In this document: positions 9,728-19,486 of the stretch, in pieces
Numbering within the stretch: position 1 is the first letter of the stretch
Layout of the letters: each line of letters begins with the position of its first letter
DNA from: a virus
Reading direction: 5' to 3' (one strand)
Length of the DNA: 64,000 bases
Virus record (IMG/VR): IMGVR_UViG_3300028569_002586
Coordinates: 64,001-128,000 of that record
Made by a program: the position numbers and the translations under genes
The notes under the pieces: model-generated
What the model saw: only the letters and a program-made list of their open reading frames with translations
What the model was told of the DNA's origin: nothing
Database searches by the model: none

Positions 9728-10079
9728 TTGAAGTATTTAATGTTTTGGTACTATATCTATCCTTGCCTGGGTAAGAATCATTATTAATACCATGTTTCAT
9801 AAGAAAATCAATAATAACATTCATACTGTCAGTCTTAATATAGAAGTTTTTAGGTATGCGTACACCGCCATCATCAAATTCAAATAATGTCTCATTCATC
9901 TCATTTTTATTGCTATAGCATGTGCAGAATACAGAATTGAAGCTGGGGTTAATCATGATGGTCCATCTGCGTGGATCACTCTTTGCAAAGACAGAAAAGA
10001 GTCTTATGACAACAAATCCATTGTCTCTAAGTCTTTTGATGAAATAACCAGGTGTTCTTATTTTATTTTTTGATATCAT
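9696..10079 (-). CDS. Hypothetical protein
   Basis: ORF directly downstream of the clamp gene. Confidence 0.7.
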   Translation of the reverse strand: MISKNKIRTPGYFIKRLRDNGFVVIRLFSVFAKSDPRRWTIMINPSFNSVFCTCYSNKNEMNETLFEFDDGGVRIPKNFYIKTDSMNVIIDFLMKHGINNDSYPGKDRYSTKTLNTSNEETIQQTEK

Positions 10080-10082
10080 AAA

Positions 10083-10814
10083 TTAATTGGCTAAGGCAGA
10101 TATTACAAATTTTATTTGTGTATTAGTTAGTACAGTATCAAACATGAAGACGCCTATTTTTGCAGAAAATGAGCAGTTTAGCTCTTTAAACTTCATAGAA
10201 GAAATTATTCTAAAGATTTCAAAATTCAACGGCGTAGCTACAGCTAGTTGCGGTCCACTGTATGTTGTAGATATCTTCAAACCATAGGAATCAACATTAG
10301 GGCGTGTTTTATCCGTTAATTCCCCGGTCACAGTATTGTCTCTAAAGGTGAGATAGATCTTGTTGGTGTCAGTAGCTACTGAGCTTCCTTTGATAAGATT
10401 AATAATGTCAGGATAATTGAGAGTAAATTTACCATCAAAAGTGAGGTTATTGAGTTTATCTACACTGAGCTTTGGAACAATGATAATACCATCCTCAAAC
10501 AAATGATATTTGAATCTTATATCATCGGATTTGTAGGATATGTTGTTCCCGTCAACATCTAAGACAATTTCATTCTTATCTATTACTGATAATATTCTAA
10601 CTAATTTAGTTAAATCAGGTATATTCAGTATTAGCTCATCATACTTGTCAGGCAGTGTGTAAATAGAGCTTAGAATAATTGTATTATCAGAAGTAGCAAT
10701 GAGAGTGGATAATATGTTGTCTTTTAGTTTTAGAACAGCGCTGTTAGTTACCTTACTTACTGGGATGAGAAAATTAGTTAAAAAGGTATTCTTATCTACT
10801 ATCTTGAGATTCAT
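10083..10814 (-). CDS. DNA polymerase sliding clamp (gp45-like)
   Basis: 243 aa, beta-rich; NIPDLTKLVRILS resembles gp45 IYDLN.FL.ILS; replication context. Confidence 0.75.
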   Translation of the reverse strand: MNLKIVDKNTFLTNFLIPVSKVTNSAVLKLKDNILSTLIATSDNTIILSSIYTLPDKYDELILNIPDLTKLVRILSVIDKNEIVLDVDGNNISYKSDDIRFKYHLFEDGIIIVPKLSVDKLNNLTFDGKFTLNYPDIINLIKGSSVATDTNKIYLTFRDNTVTGELTDKTRPNVDSYGLKISTTYSGPQLAVATPLNFEIFRIISSMKFKELNCSFSAKIGVFMFDTVLTNTQIKFVISALAN

Positions 10815-10862
10815 TTAACTTATTTTAACTGATAGTATTTGTAAATCAATACAAATACAGAT

Positions 10863-11249
10863 TTATCGCGAGGAAAGCTTTGTTACTATTTTTTCAAGAG
10901 CTTCAATTTTTCTTAGAATGGTATCAATGCGGTCAAATATTTTTTGTGCAGTAGCGCTGTTATCAAAATTAAATTCCAATTGATTGGGGTCACCTTGAGG
11001 TTGCTGAAGCATAGGAGCTGGAGCGGGTGGCAGCTGTGGCTGAATATATTGTGGTGCTTGTTGGTTTCTTGTAATACCAGGTATGGAGTTAAGAATATCT
11101 TGAGGCTGTATTGTAAGTCCTTGCAGATTTCTATTCCTATCAATAATATTTTTATCGATTTCCTTGACTTCACCCATTAAATTTTGCCCCAAAAACTGGA
11201 GCGTAATGAGCTTTGCCTCGTCAGGTGAAATGTCCCTAAATGTATCCAT
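10863..11249 (-). CDS. Hypothetical protein (Q/P-rich linker, C-terminal coiled coil)
   Basis: ORF between SSB and clamp. Confidence 0.7.
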   Translation of the reverse strand: MDTFRDISPDEAKLITLQFLGQNLMGEVKEIDKNIIDRNRNLQGLTIQPQDILNSIPGITRNQQAPQYIQPQLPPAPAPMLQQPQGDPNQLEFNFDNSATAQKIFDRIDTILRKIEALEKIVTKLSSR

Positions 11250-11255
11250 TATGGA

Positions 11256-12110
11256 TTATAGGTCGTCAAGGAGCTTCTTAAGAGCATCATCTTCACTAGA
11301 AGAGGCTGCAGTAGCAGTTGACACTTCTTTTTTGGGCACAACATTGCTCTTAGCTTGTGGCTTAGCTTCTTGAGTTTCTTTAACAACCTCTTCAATATCC
11401 ACATTACAATAGTAATGTCTATTGAGAAGATCTTTGAGTTCATCATAACTCTTAACAGTTACATATGACTCCAATTCAAAGACATTCTTATAGATCTTAT
11501 CATAGGCGTCTTCATCTAGCCCCTCAACCTCTTTAGGAGTTGTAAACTTTGAAGATACATATGTTGGATAATCACCTTGTTTCTCAACTTTAATCTTCAA
11601 GTTAACGCCTTTGGGTGTCAGATCAAAGATGCGAGGTCCAAGCTCTTCAGCTTCTTCACCCTGCATGGCATCCATGACAATCTTGTAAAGTTGTTTACCA
11701 AACCTCAATACTTTGATCTTGTTATTATTCTCCTCGTTAACAGGATCATTGATAACATAGCAATTTACTAACCAACGTTCAGTACGAACAATACTTTTAG
11801 CTTTTTCCTTCTCTTGCTCAGTACCGCTCCTCAAGACACGGTATCTCTCTTCAGCAATAGGATCACGTTGATTCCAGGTGGTGGGGCTCACTGCAGTAAT
11901 AAGTTGGCCTGTAGAGAAGCTGTTCCATCCATAAGAATAGTGATGCAAAAATGTTTTAGATGGGTCTTTGATATTAGGAAGAAGACGGACTGTGTAAGTA
12001 TTGCCTACTTCAGTGCGCAAATAATCTTTAATTTTGTTAGAGCTAGCTTGGTTTTCTTTAGTGAGAGCAGACTTGATGCTCTCAAACATCGAGGAAGTTA
12101 ATGAATTCAT
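11256..12110 (-). CDS. Single-stranded DNA-binding protein (gp32-like)
   Basis: VRLLP, VINDP.N.ENN.KI...FGK, IFDL..G.N.KIK, acidic tail ending LLDDL. Confidence 0.9.
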   Translation of the reverse strand: MNSLTSSMFESIKSALTKENQASSNKIKDYLRTEVGNTYTVRLLPNIKDPSKTFLHHYSYGWNSFSTGQLITAVSPTTWNQRDPIAEERYRVLRSGTEQEKEKAKSIVRTERWLVNCYVINDPVNEENNNKIKVLRFGKQLYKIVMDAMQGEEAEELGPRIFDLTPKGVNLKIKVEKQGDYPTYVSSKFTTPKEVEGLDEDAYDKIYKNVFELESYVTVKSYDELKDLLNRHYYCNVDIEEVVKETQEAKPQAKSNVVPKKEVSTATAASSSEDDALKKLLDDL

Positions 12111-12116
12111 AAACTT

Positions 12117-12144
12117 ATAATATATGTTATTTTATATAGTTCAA
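12117..12144 (-). promoter_or_regulatory. Sigma70-like promoter TTGAAC-16-TATTAT, 6 nt before the gp32 ATG
   Basis: Same geometry recurs before gp45, uvsX, gp43, uvsY, queD, queE and the DUF366-like gene. Confidence 0.65.
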
Positions 12145-12145
12145 C

Positions 12146-12781
12146 TTAAATTTTAATTTTTTTTAAGCCTTCTTCCACCAATATTCTGCACTTGTTAGAA
12201 TTTAAGAACTTTACTTTGAACATGCTGAAGTTGTTAGAAAAGTCTTCACCGAGCATGAATCTTGTTATTTCTAAATCTGCTTTTTTATAATTACTCTCAA
12301 AATCCAAGAATCCAAATAAGGCATATATATTAATATTTCTTTCTTTGAGGTGCAGCAAGAAGGTGGCCATATTGTTTGTTGTGTGGTATATGTATTGATC
12401 AACGTTGATGCTGTTTATTTTGCAAAAATCGCGTATAAAAACAAGGGAATCCTTAGTAAAGGCTAGTTGCTCAATTTCATCAGGATCTAGCTTTTCACGT
12501 CTTTTTTGAACAATTGTATATGCTTTTGAAGCTTTTAAAGAGGTAAAGTATTTCAAATCAAGAAACTGAGAATCTGAATAAACAAGGAACGATGCTCTGA
12601 AGAACTCCTCAGGCTTAATATTTTTATTACGTGTAAAGAAGTTGGAAAGTTTCTTTAGATATACAAATTTTTCATCATCAAGGGTATCAAAATCTTTTCT
12701 AATTTTGTACGGCTTGTTGTTTGACGATCTAGATACTTTTAAATATGTGTTGTATATGTGTTTGTCAAAATCATTTACCAT
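12146..12781 (-). CDS. Hypothetical protein, possibly helicase loader (gp59-like)
   Basis: 211 aa, basic and aromatic, immediately upstream of gp32 as gene 59 is in T4; sequence resemblance weak. Confidence 0.4.
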   Translation of the reverse strand: MVNDFDKHIYNTYLKVSRSSNNKPYKIRKDFDTLDDEKFVYLKKLSNFFTRNKNIKPEEFFRASFLVYSDSQFLDLKYFTSLKASKAYTIVQKRREKLDPDEIEQLAFTKDSLVFIRDFCKINSINVDQYIYHTTNNMATFLLHLKERNINIYALFGFLDFESNYKKADLEITRFMLGEDFSNNFSMFKVKFLNSNKCRILVEEGLKKIKI

Positions 12782-12986
12782 TATAAAATTTCCACTTATT
12801 TCTGTAGAGTTGTGATCTTAGTTTTCTTTTCATGCTTGGTTTATAATGGTATCTTCTAGCTCTCGATTCTTCAAGCACAAAGTTTTTTTGAACTTCACTT
12901 GAGAACTTTTTCAGCATTTTATCAAAGTATGCTTTATCTGTGCATCTTTCTTTTTTGAGTTTCACTTCAGCTCGTATTATTATCAT
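12771..12986 (-). CDS. rpsU: Ribosomal protein bS21 homologue
   Basis: FDKMLKKFSSEVQKNFVLEESRARRYHYKPSMKRK aligns with the bS21 core FD.ALRRFKR...K.GVL.E.R.R..YEKP...RK; 71 aa, basic. Confidence 0.8.
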   Translation of the reverse strand: MIIIRAEVKLKKERCTDKAYFDKMLKKFSSEVQKNFVLEESRARRYHYKPSMKRKLRSQLYRNKWKFYNGK

Positions 12987-13264
12987 AAAGCATTAAAATT
13001 CTTAGAATTTATAAATTTCATTATATATTTACTCTTATAAAGAGTTGGATCATACTGTAAGAAATATCTTAGTGCAAAATAGTCATTCTTAAAATCACAA
13101 TAATTCTTGAGAAGGTCACGGTACTTCTTATTCTTGAGAACAAGTAGAAAAACGTTAGCGAGGTTTAGCTTTTTTGTGCCAAGCAATGTGCAGAAAGTGC
13201 AAAATGAGAGAAACAGATGTGCGACCTCGAAGTGTGCTATCTTTTCAGAAGGATCAATATTCAT
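12983..13264 (-). CDS. Hypothetical protein
   Basis: Overlapping start/stop coupling on both sides. Confidence 0.65.
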   Translation of the reverse strand: MNIDPSEKIAHFEVAHLFLSFCTFCTLLGTKKLNLANVFLLVLKNKKYRDLLKNYCDFKNDYFALRYFLQYDPTLYKSKYIMKFINSKNFNAL

Positions 13265-13614
13265 TAATTCAGAGGGTGAAGAGATTTGGAGAGCTGTATG
13301 AAATTGCTGTTGAGTTTGCCTATAGCAATATTTTCGATGCCGCCACCTTCAAATAGCTTTGCAGCAAATTTGCTTGCGTTGAGAGTACAGTTAGCAGTTT
13401 TAATAAGAATAATTTTTTTGTCAATATCAACAACCAAGGCAACATTACATTGCAAGAACTTTATAAGATTGTCAGCTGTTTCATCATACCTGTCCTTAGT
13501 AAAGGTACTTGCAACATTATACTCTTGGTTTTGAGATCCAAGAGTTATAACTCCTTGAAAGATATCTTTTTTACTGGATTCGTTGGTCACATAATCATTT
13601 ATAGATTCAGCCAA
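13264..13614 (-). CDS. Hypothetical protein resembling an isolated DHHA1 domain
   Basis: ASKFAAKLFEGGG..NIAIG resembles DHHA1 GGGH..AAG; no ATG start (TTG). Confidence 0.4.
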   Translation of the reverse strand: MAESINDYVTNESSKKDIFQGVITLGSQNQEYNVASTFTKDRYDETADNLIKFLQCNVALVVDIDKKIILIKTANCTLNASKFAAKLFEGGGIENIAIGKLNSNFIQLSKSLHPLN

Positions 13615-13627
13615 GAAGGCAACTATG

Positions 13628-14953
13628 TTAATCTATGGATAAATTAGCAAGTGTAGATAATGATGAATTTGAAGCTTCAGTTTCGTTATTGATCTCGTCC
13701 TCCGTTAAGGTTAGTGTTGAATAATCAATTCTCATATTCACTGATCCAAAATTTGCGCCAAGTCTGTTTTTCATCATGCCCATTTTAATAATGCCAAGTT
13801 CTTTATCTGCATCTTCTTGCCAAATACTCAAAATAACATCTGCTGTGAAGCCCAGTCCCATGGATTCAGATAATGTATTAAGACCTGGGTCACTTATTTC
13901 ATAGCCTTGTCTGTTGAGCTGGGTGGCAGAAATAATTGGAAAATTGAACACGTAGCTCAAGGCTCTTAACTGTTCAGTAATGTACTTGACACGCTCATAT
14001 GTGTTGCTGCCGATTGTTGTGTGTAATAGATTGACATAATCAACAACAAGCGCATCAATCTTGATGCCTTTATTGGTTATCTTCTTGATAAAAGCTTTGA
14101 GATGATTTGTAGTGATTGTTGAAGGTGGAAACTCTTTAATGATAATTTTAGATTTTGACTTTGAATCTTTGTATTCTTGAAGCTGTTGAAAAAGGGTAGG
14201 TGCTTCAGACTTTAATTGACTAAATGGAATTTTGGTGATATTTGTGCACAATCTCTTAGCATATATCATTTCAGGCATTTCAAGAGTGACAAGCAGCACT
14301 GTTTTGCCTTGCTCAGCGATATTCACAGCAAGATTGCCTAAAAAGATACTTTTACCAATATTTGTTTCACCAGCAAAAATATAAATGGCTCTTCCCTGTT
14401 CCAGGAACCCTCCACCAATTTTGTCATCTAACCATTTCCACTTGGAAGGAATATAGTTTTCCACCTTGTTAAGATCATCGATGATTAAGTTTGCATCTTC
14501 AAGCAAATCAAGGCCAATATTAGTTGTTAGCGACACATTGCATACTTTCTCAAATTTGTCTAGGATAACACTGGTATCAACAGAGTTTTTATTAATATCA
14601 TCAACTGCTTCGAGCATTGCATGATAAACACCTTTTTCTTTTAAGAAAGTTTCTGTATTGCTATAAAGTTCATCGGTATTTAAGTTTTTATCAAAGCTCT
14701 CAAAACTCCTGACCACTGTCTTGAAGCTATTCTTGAGCTCATATGTGATCAGATAACTTTTGATTTCTGTAGGCGTTGGCCTGACACCCCTCTTCTGGTA
14801 GAAGTCCCTTATGACTTCAAAAATACTTTTAATATCTTTGCTCTTGAAGAACTTTGGATTTATGTGGTCAATGACAGAAGCAAGGTATGTCTCGTCTGTG
14901 AGAGACTTGTACATGACTATATTTTCAAAAAAATCTAAATCTAGCTTCTGCAT
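13628..14953 (-). CDS. Replicative DnaB-like helicase (gp41-like)
   Basis: GETNIGKS, TLEM, IKEFPP, VVDYVNLL, SATQLNR, SESMG, KNR.G. Confidence 0.95.
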   Translation of the reverse strand: MQKLDLDFFENIVMYKSLTDETYLASVIDHINPKFFKSKDIKSIFEVIRDFYQKRGVRPTPTEIKSYLITYELKNSFKTVVRSFESFDKNLNTDELYSNTETFLKEKGVYHAMLEAVDDINKNSVDTSVILDKFEKVCNVSLTTNIGLDLLEDANLIIDDLNKVENYIPSKWKWLDDKIGGGFLEQGRAIYIFAGETNIGKSIFLGNLAVNIAEQGKTVLLVTLEMPEMIYAKRLCTNITKIPFSQLKSEAPTLFQQLQEYKDSKSKSKIIIKEFPPSTITTNHLKAFIKKITNKGIKIDALVVDYVNLLHTTIGSNTYERVKYITEQLRALSYVFNFPIISATQLNRQGYEISDPGLNTLSESMGLGFTADVILSIWQEDADKELGIIKMGMMKNRLGANFGSVNMRIDYSTLTLTEDEINNETEASNSSLSTLANLSID

Positions 14954-14960
14954 AGTAACA

Positions 14961-15635
14961 TTATATACTATTGTTTGAGTATTCTCTCATAAAAGTTTCC
15001 TGGCTATCAGTAAACATTTTATCATTAATGTTCAAGAGACCAGGAGAATTATGCACAACCCATATTGGAGCAACTCCAAGTTTAAGTTTTTTCTGATTTG
15101 CATCAATGCAGCTAGCAATATCATAGTGATGAAATTTATAATTTTCATTGAACTGCCATTTCTTGCTCCTAATGCTGGCAACCTTTACACTTAAAAATAG
15201 CCCATCAAGAATAGCAACTCTGGCAGGTGTAGAGCCAAAGCTAGTCATTGCCACTGCTTCGGGTCCAGCAGGGTGGGCAACTGCACCTCTTAAATTACCA
15301 CTACCTACACCACCGCACATTATATGCCACAAGGCAGGTTTTTGTATGATAGGGTTAATACCACCAGCCAACCCAACAATATCAAAATCTCTGTGTGCAT
15401 GAATAAGTTTTTGGCACACATTAAAATCATCAACAAAGACATCGTCATGCACAAAGACTATATACTCATATAAATTTTTAGATGTTCTAATGAAATCATT
15501 ATACCTTTTGCTTAAACCTTCAGTATTGTTCTGTTCATACACAACATCGACTTCATCTGCAAGTCGATTCACAGATTCATAGAACATAGTATTAATAATG
15601 CTGCCTCTTGTGACGCTATAGAAGGCAAACTTCAT
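14961..15635 (-). CDS. Glycosyltransferase, GT-A/GT2-like
   Basis: YN..I, VFVHDDV, IVGLAG, LDGLFL, FHHYDIASC, V.H.SPG. Confidence 0.8.
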   Translation of the reverse strand: MKFAFYSVTRGSIINTMFYESVNRLADEVDVVYEQNNTEGLSKRYNDFIRTSKNLYEYIVFVHDDVFVDDFNVCQKLIHAHRDFDIVGLAGGINPIIQKPALWHIMCGGVGSGNLRGAVAHPAGPEAVAMTSFGSTPARVAILDGLFLSVKVASIRSKKWQFNENYKFHHYDIASCIDANQKKLKLGVAPIWVVHNSPGLLNINDKMFTDSQETFMREYSNNSI

Positions 15636-16318
15636 GCAGTGTAGAATGGTGAATTGGGTTTAAAGGTTCCAACAGAGGTTAGACCTTCAACAGTTTGAAG
15701 GTACAGTATCCCCTCTTGCAGAGGATTAAATCCTGCTTGCGGCAAAGAAGAAAAGTCATTAGTTATAAAATGTGCATATAGTGTGCTGCCTGATCTTGCA
15801 AGATACACGTGCCCTGTTTTGGAAGAATATATCCAGAGTCCAAATGTACCTTTGAGCTCAGTAAGAGCTTTGCAAATGCAGTCCACTTCTTTTTTTGAAA
15901 CAGCACAATAAGAAGTGATAAGTGCTGGTATGGCAGATGAATCAACTTGGTTGATGGACTTATATTTTTTAAGCTTTCTCTTGAGTTCTGGGAAGTTGGA
16001 CAAAACACCATTGTGAGCAACATACCAGTTTAGATTGCTAAAAGGGTGAGTTGTCTTGTGAGTGTATTCTCTTATTGCTGATGTGGGTGCTTGTGTATGG
16101 CCCAAGTAATTTTGGAAGGAACTGAGTGGTTTGGTTTTTTTCCCTTGAATCTCTAATTCAAGATTACCTTTGAACCCAAACGTACCTTTTGTTTTAATAA
16201 GAGCATGTAACTTGTTATCAATAAACAGCCCTCCATATGAAAAACTGCCCCTTTTTTTATTTTTATTGTAAAGAGCAACGTATCGTTTGTAATCTGTTGA
16301 ACCAAATATACCACACAT
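15632..16318 (-). CDS. Stand-alone class II (Ntn) glutamine amidotransferase
   Basis: N-terminal MCGIFG nucleophile; GHTQAPT, THPF, AHNG, VDS. Confidence 0.88.
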   Translation of the reverse strand: MCGIFGSTDYKRYVALYNKNKKRGSFSYGGLFIDNKLHALIKTKGTFGFKGNLELEIQGKKTKPLSSFQNYLGHTQAPTSAIREYTHKTTHPFSNLNWYVAHNGVLSNFPELKRKLKKYKSINQVDSSAIPALITSYCAVSKKEVDCICKALTELKGTFGLWIYSSKTGHVYLARSGSTLYAHFITNDFSSLPQAGFNPLQEGILYLQTVEGLTSVGTFKPNSPFYTA

Positions 16319-16354
16319 TCATATATTATAGTCTCAAAGCATAAGTATTTCAAG

Positions 16355-17230
16355 ATGAATAACGACACAAAGTTAATATTTGAAGCATATGTGGCAAAGA
16401 AGAAGATGCTGAATGAAGCACCTCCTTCATATGCAGTGGGTGACTTGAATATATCAGATGATAAATTGAAGGCAGCGCCAGGAGGCGGTTACGGTCTTAA
16501 GAAAGCAGCTGCAAAAACTGGCAAATCTATGAAAGATGTTACTGATGCTCTAGTCAAGAAAATTCAATCTACCCTTTTTAAGTCAGAAGAGCATAGAGTT
16601 GATGGGATTGAGTACAATCTCTACTACCCTGGCAACGAAATGAAATTAAGAAGCGATTTACAAAATCTGGTGCAAAGTGAATTGGGCCTGGGCAAGACAG
16701 ATGCAGGCTATACAGCCAGAATTATAAAAAATCTGCTCAACATAGTTGTTAAGGATGAAGTGACAGGTGGTGTAGCCACAAGACAAGATAGAGTAGCTGC
16801 AGCTGTAAAAAATGCAGCTGCCACGCCTGCTAAGATGGAAACAGTTTATGAAATTGAGAAAAGTGTAAAAATTGGTGATAAAAATATGAGAGCTCTTGTT
16901 TTAAGTTTGCCTGATGAAGATGTTCCAGAAAGAGAAATTCTTGGTGTACTAAAAACTGCCATAACAGAGTATAATGACAAGCCTGGGCTTGAAAAACAGG
17001 ATATTATTAAAGTAAGACCTTTGGAGCTTGTTGACAGATTAACTGAGCTGGGCATATTAAAGACAAAGCAGATTGAGCAAGCTCCTAAAGAAGGTGAAGG
17101 CACTGGTGAGGTTGCTACACCTGATGATGGATACCCAGAAGGCGATGATGCAAGTTCAGAGCTTAGATCTATAGGAGCAGTCGGTAGAGGTATGGGATAT
17201 GATCCAGGTAGCTTCAGCTACGGTAACTAA
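16355..17230 (+). CDS. Hypothetical late, probably virion-internal protein
   Basis: TAAGTA 7 nt before ATG; N-terminus MNNDTKLIFEAY shared with other late ORFs. Confidence 0.75.
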   Translation: MNNDTKLIFEAYVAKKKMLNEAPPSYAVGDLNISDDKLKAAPGGGYGLKKAAAKTGKSMKDVTDALVKKIQSTLFKSEEHRVDGIEYNLYYPGNEMKLRSDLQNLVQSELGLGKTDAGYTARIIKNLLNIVVKDEVTGGVATRQDRVAAAVKNAAATPAKMETVYEIEKSVKIGDKNMRALVLSLPDEDVPEREILGVLKTAITEYNDKPGLEKQDIIKVRPLELVDRLTELGILKTKQIEQAPKEGEGTGEVATPDDGYPEGDDASSELRSIGAVGRGMGYDPGSFSYGN

Positions 17231-17960
17231 TCGGTTTGCACTTGTATTTTTCCCAAGGAATAGAAGTTTTATATGAAATAGGGTCTATGTATCCTGCATC
17301 TAGAAATCCTTTGATGCGTAATGAGCAAGCTGTGCATTCACCACAAGCCTGTTCTTCTCCCTCATAACAGGTCCAAGTCTTACTAAAATCAACACCTAGC
17401 TTCACACCAAGTTTTATGATTTGTTCTTTGGATTTATCAATTAATGGTGCTTGTACTGTAATTTTATTTCTTCTGTTAAGAGCAGAAACTTTGTTAATTT
17501 GCTCCAGAAATTCTTCACTGCCATCCCAGAACCCTGCAACACTGTCGGCTTGTGCAGCACCATGAAAAACAGTGCTAGCCCCAGCATTCTCTGCTATTGC
17601 CAGTGATATGCTGAGCAGCATTAAGTTTCTGTAGGGAACATAATTTACTGTCTGTGGATCGCCCATCACATCTTTAGCCTTGGCTACAGCAATTTTGGTA
17701 TTGAGTAGTGATGATACCTCACAAATATCCTTAAAAAATGGTAAATCTATCCATTTGTATTCCACTGGAGTATCTGTGGATTCAACTTGGAATGCAGCAC
17801 AGTTTAACTCTTTGTCCTTGTGCTTCTGACCATAATTGTAACTGATTGCTATGACCTCATCATAGCGGCTTGCTGCTAAATGCAACAGTACAGAGCTATC
17901 CATGCCCCCTGAAATGGGCACTACTGCTTTACTGGATGGGTTCTTCTGTTTGCGCTTCAT
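17214..17960 (-). CDS. queC: 7-cyano-7-deazaguanine synthase
   Basis: SGGMDS PP-loop, YGQKH, YVPYRN, TWTCY...CGECTAC..R. Confidence 0.95.
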   Translation of the reverse strand: MKRKQKNPSSKAVVPISGGMDSSVLLHLAASRYDEVIAISYNYGQKHKDKELNCAAFQVESTDTPVEYKWIDLPFFKDICEVSSLLNTKIAVAKAKDVMGDPQTVNYVPYRNLMLLSISLAIAENAGASTVFHGAAQADSVAGFWDGSEEFLEQINKVSALNRRNKITVQAPLIDKSKEQIIKLGVKLGVDFSKTWTCYEGEEQACGECTACSLRIKGFLDAGYIDPISYKTSIPWEKYKCKPISYRS

Positions 17961-19044
17961 TGGAGTTGTACTGGTAATCTAGCACAAGACGTTTGTCCAA
18001 TTCAGGTATAATAAATTCTTCATAAAACAAGGGATCCTTAGCAAAGGTCTTGGCATAACCAAGCTTGTCACCTTTTTTGTACTTGCCTGATGTGATACCC
18101 ACAGAATATGTGGCACCAGCTTGTTCCACAATACCACGGGCGGCTGCCATGGCCAGTAGTCCGCTGTATTTGTTCAAGCCTGTCTTGAAGGACAAGTACA
18201 TTTCTGCTTCAAGAAATGGTGGTATGAACCGATTCTTCACAGTCAGAGCTCGCAGAGTGGTGCCAGAGTATTTGTTGGCTTCAGCAATCTTCTTGTCATC
18301 TGCATCCATGGAATCACCTTCACCTTCCTTTTCATTGCGCTTGGCCAATTGCACCAAAATACTGGACATGTATACTGGACCTGATCCACCTGCCTGACTT
18401 TTCACCAATGTGGGGTACATGGAGCCTGGGTCTTCATATGTATGGTTGGTGAACAGAATGGTTACACCTGCTTTGGCGGCTTTAAATGTGAGAGTACGGA
18501 ACAAACTCTTGAGTGACTTGGCACGCAAACCCATGTCTGTGGCAGACTTGTCCTTGATGATGTCATCCAGCTCTTTCTGAGAGGCCAGATTGCCCAAACT
18601 GTCAATGCTGATGATAAACTTGCCCTTGGCATTGTTTTCAATAACACTGTCCAGGAATGCAGCAATTTGATTTCTGCATTGATCAATGGTATCCACAGGC
18701 ACATATTTGGTATTTTCTGCATCCAGTCCTACACCTTTGGTGCTGTTCTCATCAATGGCTATTTCAGTATCAAATATGACTGGAGTCAATCCTCTTTTTT
18801 GTGCACTGGCCAGGATCTTGTTCACAATGAATGTCTTGCCAGTCTGGCTGGGACCAGAGAATCCTATGATTCTGCCCTTGGGTACACCACCATTGCGACA
18901 GCTGCCACCCAAAATGGCATTGAGGGCATAACAACCTGTGTCAAACCATTCATCCACTTTGCTGAGTGCATTTTCATTTAACATGGAAGCTTCACTGTTG
19001 AGTTTGTCCAGTGACGCAAATACTTGTTTAAGATCTTTATTCAT
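17929..19044 (-). CDS. uvsX: RecA-like recombinase
   Basis: DTGCYALN, GPSQTGKT, FDTE, IDSLGNLAS, NHTY, GGSG, KNRF. Confidence 0.93.
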   Translation of the reverse strand: MNKDLKQVFASLDKLNSEASMLNENALSKVDEWFDTGCYALNAILGGSCRNGGVPKGRIIGFSGPSQTGKTFIVNKILASAQKRGLTPVIFDTEIAIDENSTKGVGLDAENTKYVPVDTIDQCRNQIAAFLDSVIENNAKGKFIISIDSLGNLASQKELDDIIKDKSATDMGLRAKSLKSLFRTLTFKAAKAGVTILFTNHTYEDPGSMYPTLVKSQAGGSGPVYMSSILVQLAKRNEKEGEGDSMDADDKKIAEANKYSGTTLRALTVKNRFIPPFLEAEMYLSFKTGLNKYSGLLAMAAARGIVEQAGATYSVGITSGKYKKGDKLGYAKTFAKDPLFYEEFIIPELDKRLVLDYQYNSNEAQTEEPIQ

Positions 19045-19085
19045 AGATCCAGTATATATGAAATGTTTTTAAAAACAAGTAAAAA

Positions 19086-19448
19086 TTACTCGTCAAACAG
19101 TTTGATTACTTTTTCAGGGCTACTGGCAACTGCAGCTGCTGGCTGAGCGCTAAAAAGCCTGGTGTACTGCTCCAAGAGCCTGGGATCATTCTCAACGTCC
19201 ACAGCTTCAACAATGGAGCTCTTATTGAAAGCCCATGTAGTGCCATTTTCCCGGTTCTTCTCAGAGATAAACTCCTTGAAGTAAAGAGGGATAGTCTGAA
19301 CATTGAGCTGTCCTTGCTGTGTGGGTTGCACATGGAGGATGGCTGGGTTTTTAACCGTAAGTTTATCTTTAGTGCTGCTAATCTCCTCAGCAATAATGGT
19401 ACGGCCAATGTGATCAATGAAGGTTACTAGGTTTGTTTTGTCGCTCAT
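19086..19448 (-). CDS. Hypothetical protein, possibly Sm-like fold
   Basis: Own promoter TTGATT-17-TAATAT; ends KVIKLFDE. Confidence 0.7.
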   Translation of the reverse strand: MSDKTNLVTFIDHIGRTIIAEEISSTKDKLTVKNPAILHVQPTQQGQLNVQTIPLYFKEFISEKNRENGTTWAFNKSSIVEAVDVENDPRLLEQYTRLFSAQPAAAVASSPEKVIKLFDE

Positions 19449-19486
19449 AAAGTAATATTAACTTAACAATGATAAAAAATCAACTA

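Noticed and set aside
15632-17960. QatABCD-type defence system (QueC-like plus amidotransferase)
   Set aside because: No QatA ATPase or TatD nuclease nearby, QueC is canonical, and the rest of the preQ0 pathway is present.
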